Of a stretch of 64,000 bases of DNA, positions 27,858-42,831 are shown in pieces. The DNA is from Eledone cirrhosa. Taxonomy: Eukaryota. The position numbers and the translations under genes are program-made. The stretch is taken from assembly GCA_964016885.1 (NCBI GenBank), contig OZ024759.1:27714001-27778000 (forward strand), in the 5' to 3' direction. Positions within the stretch are counted from its first letter, which is position 1. Each line of letters begins with the position of its first letter. A model generated the notes under the pieces. That model worked only from the letters and a program-made list of their open reading frames with translations, did not search any database and was not told the DNA's origin.

Positions 27858-28334
27858 ATACTGCTTACCTGCCAACTGTCAGAGCTAGTGAAAATATATA
27901 TTTTCTAAAATATACAGTGAATGATCAGCCTGATTTACATATTAGCAAACTACCTGATCAGTCAGATCTGCATATTAGTAGACCCACTGATCAGTCAGAT
28001 TTGTTTGTTATTAGATATATATATATATTCAGTTTTATATATATCATCATCATTGTTTCACGTCTATCTTCCACGCTAGCAGGGGTTAAACGGGAATTGT
28101 CCCATTTGAGGCAAGATTGGTCAGGTGACCATGTCTCCCTTGTATAGGACTATCTGGCAGGTTTTCTATGGCTGGATGCCCTTTCTAACACCAACCACAT
28201 TTACAGTGTGGACTGGGAGCTTTTTACCGTGTTACCTACATGACCACTTTACAGAATGGACTGTATTTTTTTAATTAAATTTGTCTGTTCTCTTTTGCAG
28301 AGCTTCACGTCATTGTATACAGCCAAATCACATA

Positions 28335-28500
28335 ATGAAGTACATTCTTGTGACTGGCGGTGTGATCAGTGGAATCGGTAAAGGTGTCATTGCCAGTAGT
28401 ATCGGAACTTTGCTGAAAGCTTGCCATATAAGGGTTACTTCTATCAAGATTGACCCTTACATTAACATTGATGCCGGAACCTTTTCTCCCTATGAACATG
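28335..28500 (+). CDS. CTPS1: CTP synthase coding exon 1
   Basis: Acceptor ttgcag ends at 28300, ATG at 28335; [22 protein letters not shown]...FSPYEH; donor gtaag at 28501. Confidence 0.97.
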
Positions 28501-30909
28501 GTAAGAAACTAATCCTTTTTCTTTTTTTTCATTGCTTTAGTCCAGTATATCTGTTATTGTTACAGTTCACACCTGTGTAGATTTAACCCTTTAGCATTTA
28601 AACTGGCTGTATCCGACCAGAATTCTCTCGCCTCTTTCTGTTCAAACCGGCTGTAACTGGCCACTCATACTGATCTCAGATTTGATATTATGTGAGATAA
28701 AGCCTTTACTGTGAAAATACAATAGTAAATATAGAGTAACAGAAATGCTAAAGGGTTAACAGGGCTGTATCTGATAGGAGGTTTCTTGGGTGTTTTAATG
28801 ATAGGGACACTGACCGCCTATGTCGTATCTCATAAGAGGTTTCTTGGGTGTTTTAATGATAGGGGCCCCAGTCTTATCATGTTACAGTTCACACCTATGT
28901 AGGTCTAGTTGACCTCCCACAAGGTAGAATCTAATAAGAGGTTTCTTGGGTGTTTTAAATATAGGAGTTACTGCTCACACCCATGTAGATTTAGCAGGGT
29001 TGTATCTCATTGGAAGTTTCTTGGGGGTGTTTTAATGATAGGGGCTCCAGTTTTATTATTGTTGTTACAACTTACTCCTATGTAGGTTTAGCTGACCTCC
29101 AATGTGGTTATATTTCATAAGAGGTTTCTCTGGGGTTTTAATGAAAGGGGTCACGGTCTTGTCATGTTATTATTGCTTACCCATATGTAAGTTTAGTTGG
29201 CTCCCTACAAGGTTATATCTCATAATAGGTTTCTTAGGTGTTTTAATGATAGGTGTCACTGTCCTATCATAATAGGATCAATTAATGAAAGATAAGATGA
29301 TTATTGATTGTTGATCAAGTGATGGTTAGGATTTTGTGGGTGTCTTACCAGATAACCCACTCTCTCAAGTAGCATCTCTAGAATGTGGAATGATCAAGCT
29401 CATTGTGTTTCTGTATGTGTGTTGATTTTAATGGTGGCTGATAATGACAATGGTTGTGGTGGTGGTGGTAATGGTGATAGCTGTGGTGGTGGTGGTAATG
29501 GCGATAGTGGTGGTGGTTGTGGTGGTAATGGTGATAGCTGTGGTGGTGGTGGTAATGGCGATAGTGGTGGTGGTAAAGGTGATAGCTGTGGTGGTGGTGG
29601 TAATGGTGATAGCTGTGGTGGTGGTGGTGGTAATGGTGATAGCTGTGGTGGTGGTGGTAATGGCGATAGTGGTGGTGGTAAAGGTGATAGCTGTGGTGGT
29701 GGTGGTAATGGTGATAGCTGTGGTGGTCGTGGTGGTAATGGTGATAGTGGTGGTGGTAATGGTGATAGCTGTGGTGGTGGTAATGGTAATAGCTTTGGTG
29801 GTGGTAATGGTGGTGGTGGTGGCGGTAATGGTGATAGCTGTGGTGGTGGTGGTGGTAATGGTGATAGCTTTGGTGGTGGTGGTGGTAATGGTGGTGGTGG
29901 TGGCGGTAATGGTGATAGTGGTGGTGGTAATGGTGATAGCTGTGGTGGTGGTGGTAATGGTGATGGCTGTGGTGGTGGTAATGGTGATAGTGGTGGTGGT
30001 AATGGTGATAGCTGTGGTGGTGGTGGTAATGGTGATGGCTGTGGTGGTGGTAATGGTGATAGTGGTGGTGGTGGTGGTGATAGCTGTGGTGGTGGTGGTG
30101 GTAATGGTGGTGGTGGTGGTGGTAATGGTGATAGCTGTGGTGGTGGTGGTGGTGATGGTGATAGCTGTGGTGGTGGTGGTCCTAATGGTGATAGTGGTAA
30201 TGGTGATAGCTGTGGTGGTAATGGTGATAGCTGTGGTGGTGGTGGTCCTAATGGTGATAGTGGTAATGGTGATAGCTGTGGTGGTAATGGTGATAGCTGT
30301 GGTGGTGGTGGTCCTAATGGTGATAGTGGTAATGGTGATGCTGTGGTGGTGGTGGTGGTGGTGGTAATGGTGATAGCTGTGGTGGTGGTGGTCCTAATGG
30401 TGATAGCTGTGGTGGTAATGGTGATAGCTGTGGTGGTGGTGGTAATGGTGATTGTTATAGTGGTGGTAATGGTGATGGCTATGATGGTTGTGGGGGTTGT
30501 GATGATGATGGTTGTGGTGGTGGTAAGGATGATGATGGTGATAATGATGATAGTTATGGTAATGGTGGTGGTAATGGTGATGGCTATGATGACGATGGTA
30601 ATGATGGTTGTGGTGGTGTTGACTGTGATGGTTGTAAATGGCGGTAATAGTGATGATGATAGTAATGATAATGATGATGATGATGTACTGAAAACTAAAT
30701 ATGTTATCTCTCTTTTTCTTCCAATCCAGGTGAAGTGTTTGTCTTGGATGATGGCGGAGAGGTAGATCTCGATCTGGGGAACTATGAACGTTTCCTTAAC
30801 ATAACCCTTCATAAAGATAACAATATAACAACAGGCAAGATATACCAACAGGTTATAAACAGGGAAAGGACCGGAGATTACTTGGGGAAAACTGTACAAG
30901 GTAAGCTAC

Positions 30910-30946
<37 letters not shown>

Positions 30947-33900
30947 CTTCAATTGAAATCCTGTATTTTGTGACCATATTTCTGGTGAATTACTCTACCT
31001 ATAAGTTACATCATCATCACCATCATCATCATCATCATCACCGTCGTCGTCGTTATTTCTATGCCCACTTTCTTGATGTAGAAAACCTGCCAAACAATGA
31101 GTAAAGAGAACAGAACGATCTTCCCGGTGTCTGTGTCGTGATAAATTGCACCCAGTACACTGTAAAGTGGTTGGTGTTAGGGAGAGCAACCAGCCGATCT
31201 TCTTAGAGCCCGTGTCGTGATAAAATGCACCCAGTACACTCTGTAAAATGGTTGGTGTTAGGGAGAGCAACCAGATGATCTTCTTGGAGCCCGTGTCGTG
31301 ATAAAATGCACGCAGTACACTCTGTAAAATGGTTGGTGTCAGGGAGAGCAACCAGCTGATCTTCTTAGTGCCTGTGTCGTGATAAAATGCACCCAGTACA
31401 CTCTGTAAAATGGTTGGTGTCAGGGAGAGCAACCAGCTCATCTTCTTAGAGCCTGTGTCGTGATAAAATGCACCCACAATACACTCTGTAAAATAGTTGG
31501 TGTTAGGGAGAGCAACCAGCTGATCTTTCCAGTGCTAGTGTCGTGATAAAATGCACCCAGTACACTCTGAAAAGTGGTTGGTGTTAGGAAAACTTGCCAA
31601 ACAAAAGGTTTGGAGGACTTTTCAGTTATGTCAAGGGCATGACAACCTCCCTAGTGCTGGTACCATGATAAAATCCATATCATAGAATAGGTATACTGTG
31701 TCCCTGTTTTCTATAAGAGGCAACTAAAGGGGTCGGTGCCAGGGAGGGCAACCGAATATGAAACATTGCCTCAAAAAATCCTGTCCACCCCATGCCAGTA
31801 TGGGTCTCAAATAATTGTCCCCTCCTCTCTCTCCTTATTAAATTTTCCTAATCTATCTCCAGCAAAATTTTATATTAAGTGGTAGCATTTCTGTAACAAT
31901 TAATTTTCTTTATACATTAAGAGACATTATACATGATAAAAAAAGTATATTGTAAGAAATCTCGTACATAAAATAAATAGGATGGGTTAGGGGCCAGAAT
32001 ATGAAAACTAAACGACTAGTTCTGGTTAAAAAAAAAAATCAACGGAGACAACCTAGAAAAATTACCAATTTTCCAGGCCCCCAGCCCTATTATTTGGGAC
32101 CCGAGAGTACCTGTATATTTTTTTTTTAACCCTTTAGTATTTACATTCTGTGTTTACTGTTGTATTTTCACAGTAAAAGGCTTTACTCACATAATTATCT
32201 AACATAATATCGAAGTTACAAGATTTTGATGATAATATTTTGAGAAAAATACCTTAACATAAGTATGAGTAGCTGGTTACAGCCGGTTTGAACAAAAAGA
32301 GGTGAGAGAATTCTGGCCGGATATGGCCAGTTTCAAATTGGCCATATCCAGCTAGAATTCTCTCACCTTTTTCTGTTCAAACCGGCTGTAACTGACTGCT
32401 CATATTAATGTTACGGTTTTGTTCTCAAAATAAATATTAAAATCTCGTAATTTCGATATTATGTTAAATAAAGTGTTTACCGTGAAAATACAATAGTATG
32501 TGTAGAGTAATGTAAATGCTAAAGGCTTAAATGGTATCATTCTTGCAACAATTAATTTTCTTTATACATTAAGAAACATTATACATGATAAAAAAGTATA
32601 TTACAAGAAATCTCATACATTATAAAATAAATAGGATGGTTTGGGGGACTAATTCTGGTTTTTAAAAAAAATCAATGAAGACAACCTAGAAAAATTAGCG
32701 ATTTTCCAGTGGGTGGGGTTGGGGCATTATTTGGGTCCCTAGAGTATCTGTATATATATATATATTTTTTTAATAAAAAATTTTTTTTTATTTTGCTGCA
32801 GTGAAAATATAGTGTGACAATGAAGGCTTTAAAAAAAAATAGGAAAAATGTTCTGATATTTGAAGAGTAACTGCAGTACTGAGTTACATGGTATGGAAGA
32901 TATTTTTGACATTTCTGCTATAGAATATTAGAATAGGCAATGGCATTGTTACTTAGAATCCGCTTAGTGTTTGGTGTTTCTGTCCCATTGTCTGGCACTC
33001 TGTCTCATTTTGGTATCTTCTACCTAATAGTTTTTTGGGGAGGGTTGATTAATGTCTTCTGGGTGGAATTGCTAGATGCAAACTGTACAAAGGAGGAGAA
33101 AGCAGACTTATGTGTGTGTCTGTATATATATATTGCGTATGTGTGTGTCTATATATATATGTGTGTGTGTATATATATTGAGTATGTGTGTATTATATAT
33201 TGTGTGTGTGTGTGCGTACATATGTATATATATATATCATCATCATCATCGATTAACGTCCATCTTCCACGCTAGCATGGGTTAGACGGGTTCTATTTTG
33301 AGGCAAGTTGTGTCAGGTGACCATGTCTCACTCAAATAGGGGTGTTTCTGGCTGGTTTACTACGGATGGATGTCCTTCCTAATGCCGACCACATTTGCAG
33401 TGTTTCTACTATTGGCACAAGGCCAGCAATTACCCAGTACATTACTGGTACATTATTTTATCGACCCGTAAGGATGAAGGGCAAAGTTAACCTTGGCGGG
33501 ATTTGAACTCAGAATGGCAAGGGCCGTAACTCTATGCGTCAAAGCATGGCGTCCGACCCTCTACCGATATATATATATATATATATAATTGTTTCTTTTA
33601 GTATTCACATTTATTATTATTACTATATATATATATTTATTAAAATAGCAGATTAAAGTTTAAGCAAAGAATCGCTGCTTTCACCCTTCACAGGATCTTC
33701 TGAAGTTTCAGAAGATCCCGTTAAGGGTGAAAGCAGCGATTCTTCGCTTAAACTTTAATCTGCTATTTTAATAAATATTTGCTCTACGGTTCTTATATAT
33801 TTGATATATATTTATCCTTATCGAGCCCTCTTTGGATTTTAGTCTTCAAATTTATTATTATTACTATATATATATATATAAGGTTATAATATACTAGTTC

Positions 33901-35312
33901 ACTATTTTCATTGGTAAGATAAGTTAAACTCTATGCCCTGTTTTACCCTTTGTTCTTTAGGAGCGAATAGTTACAGTAGCAGAGCATTTATAATTCAAAA
34001 TTCAGTAAGACCAAGGATTATTTATTAAATAAACAACAATACTATTAATCCTTGGTTTTACTGAATTTTTATAAAATCTGACCATGCTCACTTACACCTC
34101 TCTAAAACAATGTCACTGGATCAAGACCTGTCTTGTAAATGTGGTTCGTGTTAGGAAGGGCATTCAGTTCTGTGTGCTAAATGTTATAGATATCTCTAGA
34201 TGGGTTTGGTGTCATGTGTGACAATGATGGCTTTAAAAGTGAACGTATTCTGATAACTGAAGAAAAATATTTTGCTGAGTCGCACCATACACCGTATTGT
34301 TTGACTATAGGACGAACTCTAAATTTAACTTGATTATCCAGGAAAAATAAAATGAAGAGGAAATAATACTATTAATGCTATTAAAATTTTAATCACTTTC
34401 AAATCTTAGAATATCATGACTACTGTCATCCTCATTGATTTCTTGGCTGTCACCCTCGTCTAGTTCCTGAAATTCATCATCTTCCTCACATTCCTCGGGG
34501 TCATTGCTGTTTTTAGAATCACTTGTGTCGCCATCATTATACAGAAAATCATCTTTCATGCTATCTTGAGCATTGCTGATGCCACATTTTTAAAGCTTTT
34601 ATAACTGTCTCAGTTTCACAGCACCCCATGAGTTTTTCACCCACTGGGTTACCTGGAAAAATGTGGGCCTCTTCATACTTCCTGTCGGTGTCAGTTCATA
34701 TTGAGACTCCTTCATCCAATTATCCCATTCCTCTCTCATGTGTGCCTTAAAAAGTTTGTTTAGTGAAACATCAAGGGGTTGTAATTGAGAAGTCAGTCCC
34801 CCAGGTATGACAGCTATTTCAGTGTTTAAGTTCTTTACCCTCGTTACTGTATTCTCAGCAGTATGTGCACGAAATTGGTCCCAAACAAGAAGGTATACTT
34901 GCGAAAATTTAGGCAAGTTGGGTCAGTTGATCGTGTCCTCGTACAGAACTGTTTCTGGCTAGATTTCTACAGCTAGATGCCTTTCCTAACACCAACCACA
35001 TTTACAGTGTGTACTGAGTGCTTTTTGCTACATGACCACTAAGATGTGATGTGTGACAATGATGACTTTAAAAGTGAACGTATTCTGATACCTGAAGTAG
35101 AATATTTTGTTGAGTCACACCATATATATTGTAAATGTGGTTGGTGTTAGGAAGGGTGTCCAGCTGTAAAAACTCCGGCCAAATTTACTGTCCCATCAGA
35201 GCAAGGTATGGTGTAGCCAATTCCAACCAGGCTTGTCTCTTGATGAGGACAGCCTGTCTAACCCATGCAACCATGGAAAATGGATGTTAAATGGTGATGA
35301 TGATGATATATA

Positions 35313-35370
<58 letters not shown>

Positions 35371-36777
35371 AGAAAAAAGAGAATCAGTGTTGCGGCAAAA
35401 GGAATTTATTGGATGTCCAATAAATTCCTTTCATCGCAACACTGATTCTCTTTTTTCTGTGATATCATACTCTGCTCTGCGAGGTCATCGAGTGCTCATA
35501 CGGCCTACCGCATACGGACGCTTTAAGCATCCAACACCAATTATATATATATATATATACACATACATACATACATACAGGGTGTCCCCCAAAAAATGTA
35601 TACACAAAAGTTGTGCATTCTAATAAATAATGCCTGTACAGATATTCAAAGTGTGTGTACATTTTGGGGGTACACCTTGTATATGTAGTATATGTGTGAA
35701 ATGTATCACTGTATGTTGTAAGAGGTAACTAAAAGGGTTGGTGTCAGGAAGGGCATTCCGTTAAAAGAATTTGATCCAAACCATCCCGTCAAACCCATGC
35801 CAGTATAGAAAAATGGACATTAAAACGCTAATGATGATGATAATGGTATGTTGGGATTGTGCAGTGTTAGTAGTGTAGATGTGTGTATATATAAATCTGT
35901 GTTCTAAATATAAATATCTCTAGACAGGATGTGATGTCATGTGTGACAATGATGGCTTTTAAAGTGAACGTATTCTGATATCTGAAGAAGAATATTTTGC
36001 TGAGTCACACCATATATATATATTGTAAATGTGGTTGGTGTTAAGAAGCGTGACCCGCTATAAAAACTCCGGCCAAATTTATCTCATCGGAGCAAGGTAC
36101 AGCATGGCCAATTCTGGCCAGACTTGTCTCTTGACGAGGACAGCCTGTCTAACCCATGCAAGCATGAAAAATAGATGTTAAACGGTGATGATATATATAT
36201 ATATATATAATAATAGTTGTAAATTGAAGTTTAGCTGTTGTACAGCAAATACTACTCGATTTGTTTGATGCAAACATTAAGTCTACAGTTAACACCACAG
36301 TTATAAAGTGTGACATCAAGAAAACCGACTGAAGGCACCAGCTATACATATAACATAACTACGATAGATACAGAAAGGTTTTACATACCTGTACCATCTC
36401 TGATTGATTAAAATCGATATAATTGATAAAATCTCAGATATATATATATATGTGTGTGTGTGTGTGCACTATATCTCTGCAGGTTGTAAGAGGTAACTAA
36501 AAGGGTTGGTGTCAGGAAGGGCATTCTGTTGAAAGAATTTCATCTAAACCATCCCGTCAAACCCATGCCAGTATGGAAAAATGGACATTAAAGCGCTAAT
36601 GATGATGATAATGGTATGTTGGGATTGTGCAGTGTTAGTAGTGTAGATGTGTGTATATATAAATCTGTGTTCTAAATATAGATATCTCTAGACAGGATGT
36701 GATGTCATGTGTGACAATGATGGCTTTTAAAGTGAACGTATTCTGATATCTGAAGAATAATATTTTGCTGAGTCACA

Positions 36778-36853
<76 letters not shown>

Positions 36854-39800
36854 GTAAGTTTGTTTTGAAACAGACAACGACGTTTAAAATTTAGTAGAAA
36901 TAGAAACTTTTGCCATATTTTGACTAAAGAAATATTAGCCTGATAGTGGGGTTTAAAACCCTCTGAATGGAAAGGGATGAGTATTGATGTACAGGTACAT
37001 CAATACTCATCCTTTTCCATTGTTTAGAGGGTCTTAGACCCAACTATCAAGCTAATATATATATATATATGTGTGTGTGTGTGCACTATATCTCTGCAGG
37101 TTGTAAGAGGTAACTAAAAGGGTTGGTGTCAGGAAGGGCATTCTGTTGAAAGAATTTCATCTAAACCGTCCCGTCAAACCCATGCCAGTATGGAAAAATG
37201 GACATAAAAACGCTAATGATTATGATAATGGTATGTTGGTATTGTGTAGTGTTAGTAGTGTAGATGTGTGTATATATAAATCTGTGTTCTAAATATAAAT
37301 ATCTCTAGACAGGATGTGATGTCATGTGTGACAATGATGGCTTTTAAAGTGAACGTATTCTGATATCTGAAGAATAATATTTTGCTGAGTCACACCATAT
37401 ATATATTGTAAATGTGGTTGGTGTTAGGAAGGGCATTCAGTTGTAAAAATCCAGTCAAACCAAGGTAAGTCATGGCCAATTCTGGCCAGACTTGACTCTT
37501 GACATGGACAACCTGTCTAACCCATGCAAGCATGAAAAATGGATGTTAAACAGTGATGATGATGATGGATATATATATATATACTAGTAAGTTTGTTTTG
37601 AAACCCATGCCAGTATGGAAAAGGGTACATAAAAATGATGATGTTGGTATTGTGTAGATGTGTGTATATATAAATCTGTGTCCTAAATGTTATAGATATC
37701 TCTAGATAGGATGAGATGTGTGACAATGATGGCTTTAAAAAGTGAACGTATTCTGATAACTGAAGAAGAATATTTTGCTGAGTCACCCCATATATATTGT
37801 AAATGTGGTTGGTGTTAGGAAGGGCATTCAGCTGTAAAATTCCAGTCAAACCAAGGTAAGTCATGGCCAATTCTGGCCAGACTTGACTCTAGACATGGAC
37901 AACCTGTCTAACCCATGCAAGCATGAAAAATGGATGTTAAACAGTGATGATGATATATATATATATTAGTAAGTTTGTTTTGAAACCCATGCCAGTATGG
38001 AAAATTGGACATAAAAATGATGATGGTATGTTGGTATTGTGTTGATGTGTGTATATATAAATCTGTGTCCTAAATGTTATAGATATCTAGATAGGATGAG
38101 ATGTGTGACAATGATGGCTTTAAAAAGTGAACGTATTCTGATAACTGAAGAAGAATATTTTGCTGAGTCACACCATATAGCATGGCAGACAATTAACCTG
38201 TCCCATCTTTACTCTTTGTTACCAAACTAGCCAAAACCAATTCTTTTAAAAGTTTCCTATTTAAACCGGCTGTATCTGGTCATTTATTTTCTCACCTCTT
38301 TCTGTTCAAACCGGCCATAACTGGTTTAAGGTATTGTTTTCAAAATAGATAATATCATCATCAAAATCTCGTAGATTTGATATTATGTGAGATAATTATG
38401 ACACAAAGCCATTACCACAAAAATACAATAGTAGAGTATTGTAAATGCTAAAGGGTTAAATTAAAATCTTCTAACATAATTTTATGTAAGAACCTTATAT
38501 TAAGTTACTATCTTAATGAAATAGTTGATAATTTTAGTAAATCCCACAAAATTCTTCATTAAGTAATTAGAAATATGGTCTGGTTCTTTGATACAAAACT
38601 GTTGATTTCAAAATGTTTATATTTATCTAGAAACCTTCTATCAGAATTTTATTTAAGAACCTTTAACATTTTAGATACCAAACCACCTGGAACTGCTTCT
38701 GGTTGTAGGATACATTTAAACCGGACGTATCCGGCCAGATTTCTCACCTCTTTCTATTCAAACCAGTTGCTCCTAGCCCCCCCCCCCCTCCCCCCATCAA
38801 ATGGACTTAATTTTCCCCCCACCAAATTTTCCTGACTTTCCCCATCAAGCACTCCTAACTTCTTGGTTTTCTCAATTCCATTTCCATGATTCCGTCTATT
38901 TATTCTTTCAGTTGTCCCCCACATAACAGACGCCATTCAAGAATGGGTTGAAAGAGTTGCCAAAATTCCTGTGAGTGAGGATAAAACGGAACCTGATGTT
39001 TGTATTATTGAGGTATGTTACTGCCCTCTATTCGCCCTTCTCACATTCCATCTTTTATCAACACCAACACCACAACCGCCACTAACACTATATCCACCAC
39101 CAGAATCTGTTATAGTAGTAAAAATAATTGCTTCTACTTTAGGCACAAGGGCAGCAATTTGAAGGTGAAAGTTGATTAAATCGATCCCAGGGCATTACTG
39201 GTACTTCATCTTACCAACCCTGTCAGTATGAATGAAAGGCAAGTTTAGCAACTGACCACTTGACCATGAAGCAAGTTATATTGGGTTACATGTTACCAGT
39301 AGCAGGCAGAAACTTGACCTGACCAGACTAAGGTCTCGTGGGGGAGCCAGTATAGCTACTAACCACTTGACCATCAAGCAAGTTATACTAGGTTACATGT
39401 TACCAGGAGCAGACAGAAGCCTATTAAAACTTGATATTGGCAAAACAAAATTTTTAATTGGAATTTTTTCTTTCATTCTTTCCCTATGAAGCTTGGTGGC
39501 ACGATTGGAGATATTGAAGGTATGCCGTTTGTTGAAGCTTTCCGTCAATTTCAGTTCCGTGTAAAGAGAGAGAATTTCTGCAGTGTCCATGTCAGCTTGA
39601 TTCCACAGGTAAGTTTTAATAATAAATAATAATAATGGCTTCTTATATAGTCACAAGGCCAGCAATTTTGGGGGAGGGGGAAGTCGATTAAATCGACTCC
39701 GTAAGGGTGAAAGGCAAAGTTAACTTCGGCAGGATTTGAACTCATATCATAAAGGGCCGTAACTGTTGCTACAAAGCATGGCGTCCAACCCTCTACCAAT

Positions 39801-41199
39801 ACTGCCAATTTACCGCCCTTATAATAATAATAATAATAATAATAATAATTAAATTATTGTGTACAGTGCTCAGGTGCACTATAACTCATCAAAGGTGCAT
39901 GTATAGTACATAGAATAATGTACAAATGTCGGGAAAATGAACAGTGTATGAGTCATGAAATACATGTGTGCGTGTGTATGGAGGGGGACATCAGGTGTAG
40001 TGTTGGCGAATCTCAGGAAGCGTGGAGGTTTTAAAGGATGCAGTGTCTCGACAGCTAACAACTGATGCAGGTAGTTTGTTCCATGGAGGTTTTAAAGGAT
40101 GCAGTGTCTCGACAGCTAACAACTGATGCAAGTAGTTTGTTCCATGGAGGTTTTAAAGGATGCAGTGTCTCGACAGCTAACAACTGATGCAGGTAGTTTG
40201 TTCCATGGAGGTTTTAAAGGATGCAGTGTCCCGACAGCTAACAACTGATGCAGGTTTGTTCCATGCTTCAGCAACTCTGAATGTGAAACAATGTTTCCAA
40301 AAGTCATGGGAGCTGTGCTGTTTTCTGACTTTGTAGGCATGTCCAGGTGTGTTAGACACATGGAATTCAAAAAGATGCTCAGGGTTGTTGTTGGTAAGAA
40401 GGTTAATGATTTTGTGGGTGTTTACCAAATCAGTTGCCAGACGTCGGAGCTTCAGTGTATCCATACCCAGGGAAGCAAGGTGTTCAGAGTACGGTAGATG
40501 TCTGATGGAGGGTATTCGGTCAATGTTCTGAACAAGATAGGAGTTCCAGACTGGTGAAGCACATACTAACATTATTTCTCCACAAGGTGGGTGGCAAATT
40601 GAATGAGTTAAGGTCTAGAATTATGAGGGTCGGATGAAAAGTTCATAGTCTAACTAAGATACTCATGGAATGACCAAATGAGGTTTATTTTTCAACAAAG
40701 AAACGATGCAGTTATTAATAAATAAGAAGAGTTGAAATTAAGATATGCAAGATTTCACAGCCTTAATCAGCCTATGAAGTTTTCATCATCATCATCATCA
40801 TCATCATCGTTTAACGTCTATCTTCCACGCTAGCATGGGTTTAGACGGGAATTGTCCGACATGAGGCAAGATTGGTTGTCTTGCTCGTATAGGACTGTCT
40901 GGCGGGTTGCCCTTCCTAGCACCAACCACGTTTACTGTGGACTGGGAGGTTTTTTACAACTGGTTGCCCTTCCTAGCACCAACCATGTTTACAGTGTGGA
41001 CTGGGAGGTTTTTACCCTGTTAATTACACGGCCACATTACAGCATGGACTGTGTGTTTTTTTTGACGTGACACCTACACAACCTCATTTATTTAGGAATG
41101 GATGTTGTGGCACCAACATAACTTTACAGAGAAAGGGGTGGTGTATGTTGGTGCCACAACATCCAGTCCTAAATAAAGAGGTTGTGTAGGTGTCACGAC

Positions 41200-41282
<83 letters not shown>

Positions 41283-42621
41283 CTGGCCAAGATACTCTCA
41301 TGGAATGACCAAATGAGATTTATTTTTCAACATAGTCCCTGGAAAGAAACAATGCAGTTATTAAATTAGAAGAGTTGTTATTAATGCATGCAAGATTTCA
41401 CAGCTCTAGCATCACTCCTTCATAGTCAGCCAAACCTCATAAAAATGCTTTCTGTATTTCTTCCAGCTCCCTGAGGCAGTTTCAGGTGGATTTGTTGATA
41501 AAAAAAAAAAAAAAAAAAAGAGGGGCTAATATTGAAGAGGTTAAATTACATATTTTAATTTTTTTTAATTTTTAGCCCAATGCTACTGGAGAACAGAAAA
41601 CGAAACCGACACAGGCCAGTGTTAGGGAGCTTCGAGGACTGGGTCTATCCCCAGATTTGGTAAGTAACTGGAGGGGGTTTGTATTTACAAAAGTGTTGTC
41701 TGTCCCCAAATTTAGTAACTGAAGGGCCATATATTGACTGTAAATGGTGGGGCTTATTGACAAAAGGGCTGGGGTCCCTTCTCCAGGTGTGGTAACTGGG
41801 GTGGGTGGGGTTTATACAGGTAAAATTCCATTATAACAAATTTTTCCGTATAAAATTTTTTTCAATCCCCAGCCACACATTCAATGTGTTTCGGTCGATC
41901 TCGTTATAAAGAATTTATTTTGTACCCCGTGAATTTCGTTATAACAGAATTTCACTGTATTGACAAAAGGGCTGGGTCTCTCCCTAGGTTTGGTAACTGG
42001 AGGGACTTATATTGACAAAAGGGGCTTTTGTACAATGTGGTTAGTCATATACTTTGTTCTATAACAGGTTTTAGTCATTAGACTGCAGCCATGCTGGGGC
42101 ACCACCTCGAAGGGATTTAAAATTTTTTTTTTATTTGTATGCCTCTCACACTTATTTTCACTGTAAGGATTTTTCCATATATGTGCTTAATTAATGTAGA
42201 GTATTAAAAATAACTAGGTATTTCTTACTACCATATATATGTGTGTGTATATATGTATATGTAATGTATAATATATATAACAAGGGTAAAAATATAGCTA
42301 TTTGTATGTAAAGCTATAGAAGGAAAGTAGTTCATTGTATATGTTTTCTGTCGGTTAACAACTTGTGTATGTTTCTCCTTAGATTGTTTGTCGGAGTGAA
42401 AGGAAGATCCCTGCTTCCGTCCGTGAAAAGATCTCTCTATTCTGCCATGTTCCACCAGATCAGGTAAGACCCCTCTTTTTCTTTTAAAACCCTTTATCAA
42501 GCTTCTTATGAGATGCAACTTCATAGCAAGCCAACTAAACTCGCTGAGGTCAACTTTGTCCTTCAATCTTTCAGGATCAGTAAAATAAATTTCCAGACAA
42601 ATACTGGGGTTGACATGTGTG

Positions 42622-42675
<54 letters not shown>

Positions 42676-42787
42676 TACACAACCGCAGTATTTGACCCCA
42701 AAAGGATGAAAGATAAAGTTGACCTCGTTCGTCTAGTTGGCTTGTTATGAAGTCTGTATGTATGTATATAAATGTGTGTGTGTGTGA

Positions 42788-42831
<44 letters not shown>

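Noticed and set aside
29383-30899. Gly-rich (+) and Pro-rich (-) 460-499-aa ORFs resembling structural proteins
   Set aside because: (GGT)n microsatellite inside a CTPS intron. The flanking exons splice cleanly in frame without it, and it is open in several frames as expected of a triplet repeat.
35364-35465. miRNA precursor calls for the perfect hairpins
   Set aside because: Near-perfect long stems, (TA)n context and related non-hairpin fragments elsewhere point to a TE origin; cannot be called without small-RNA data.
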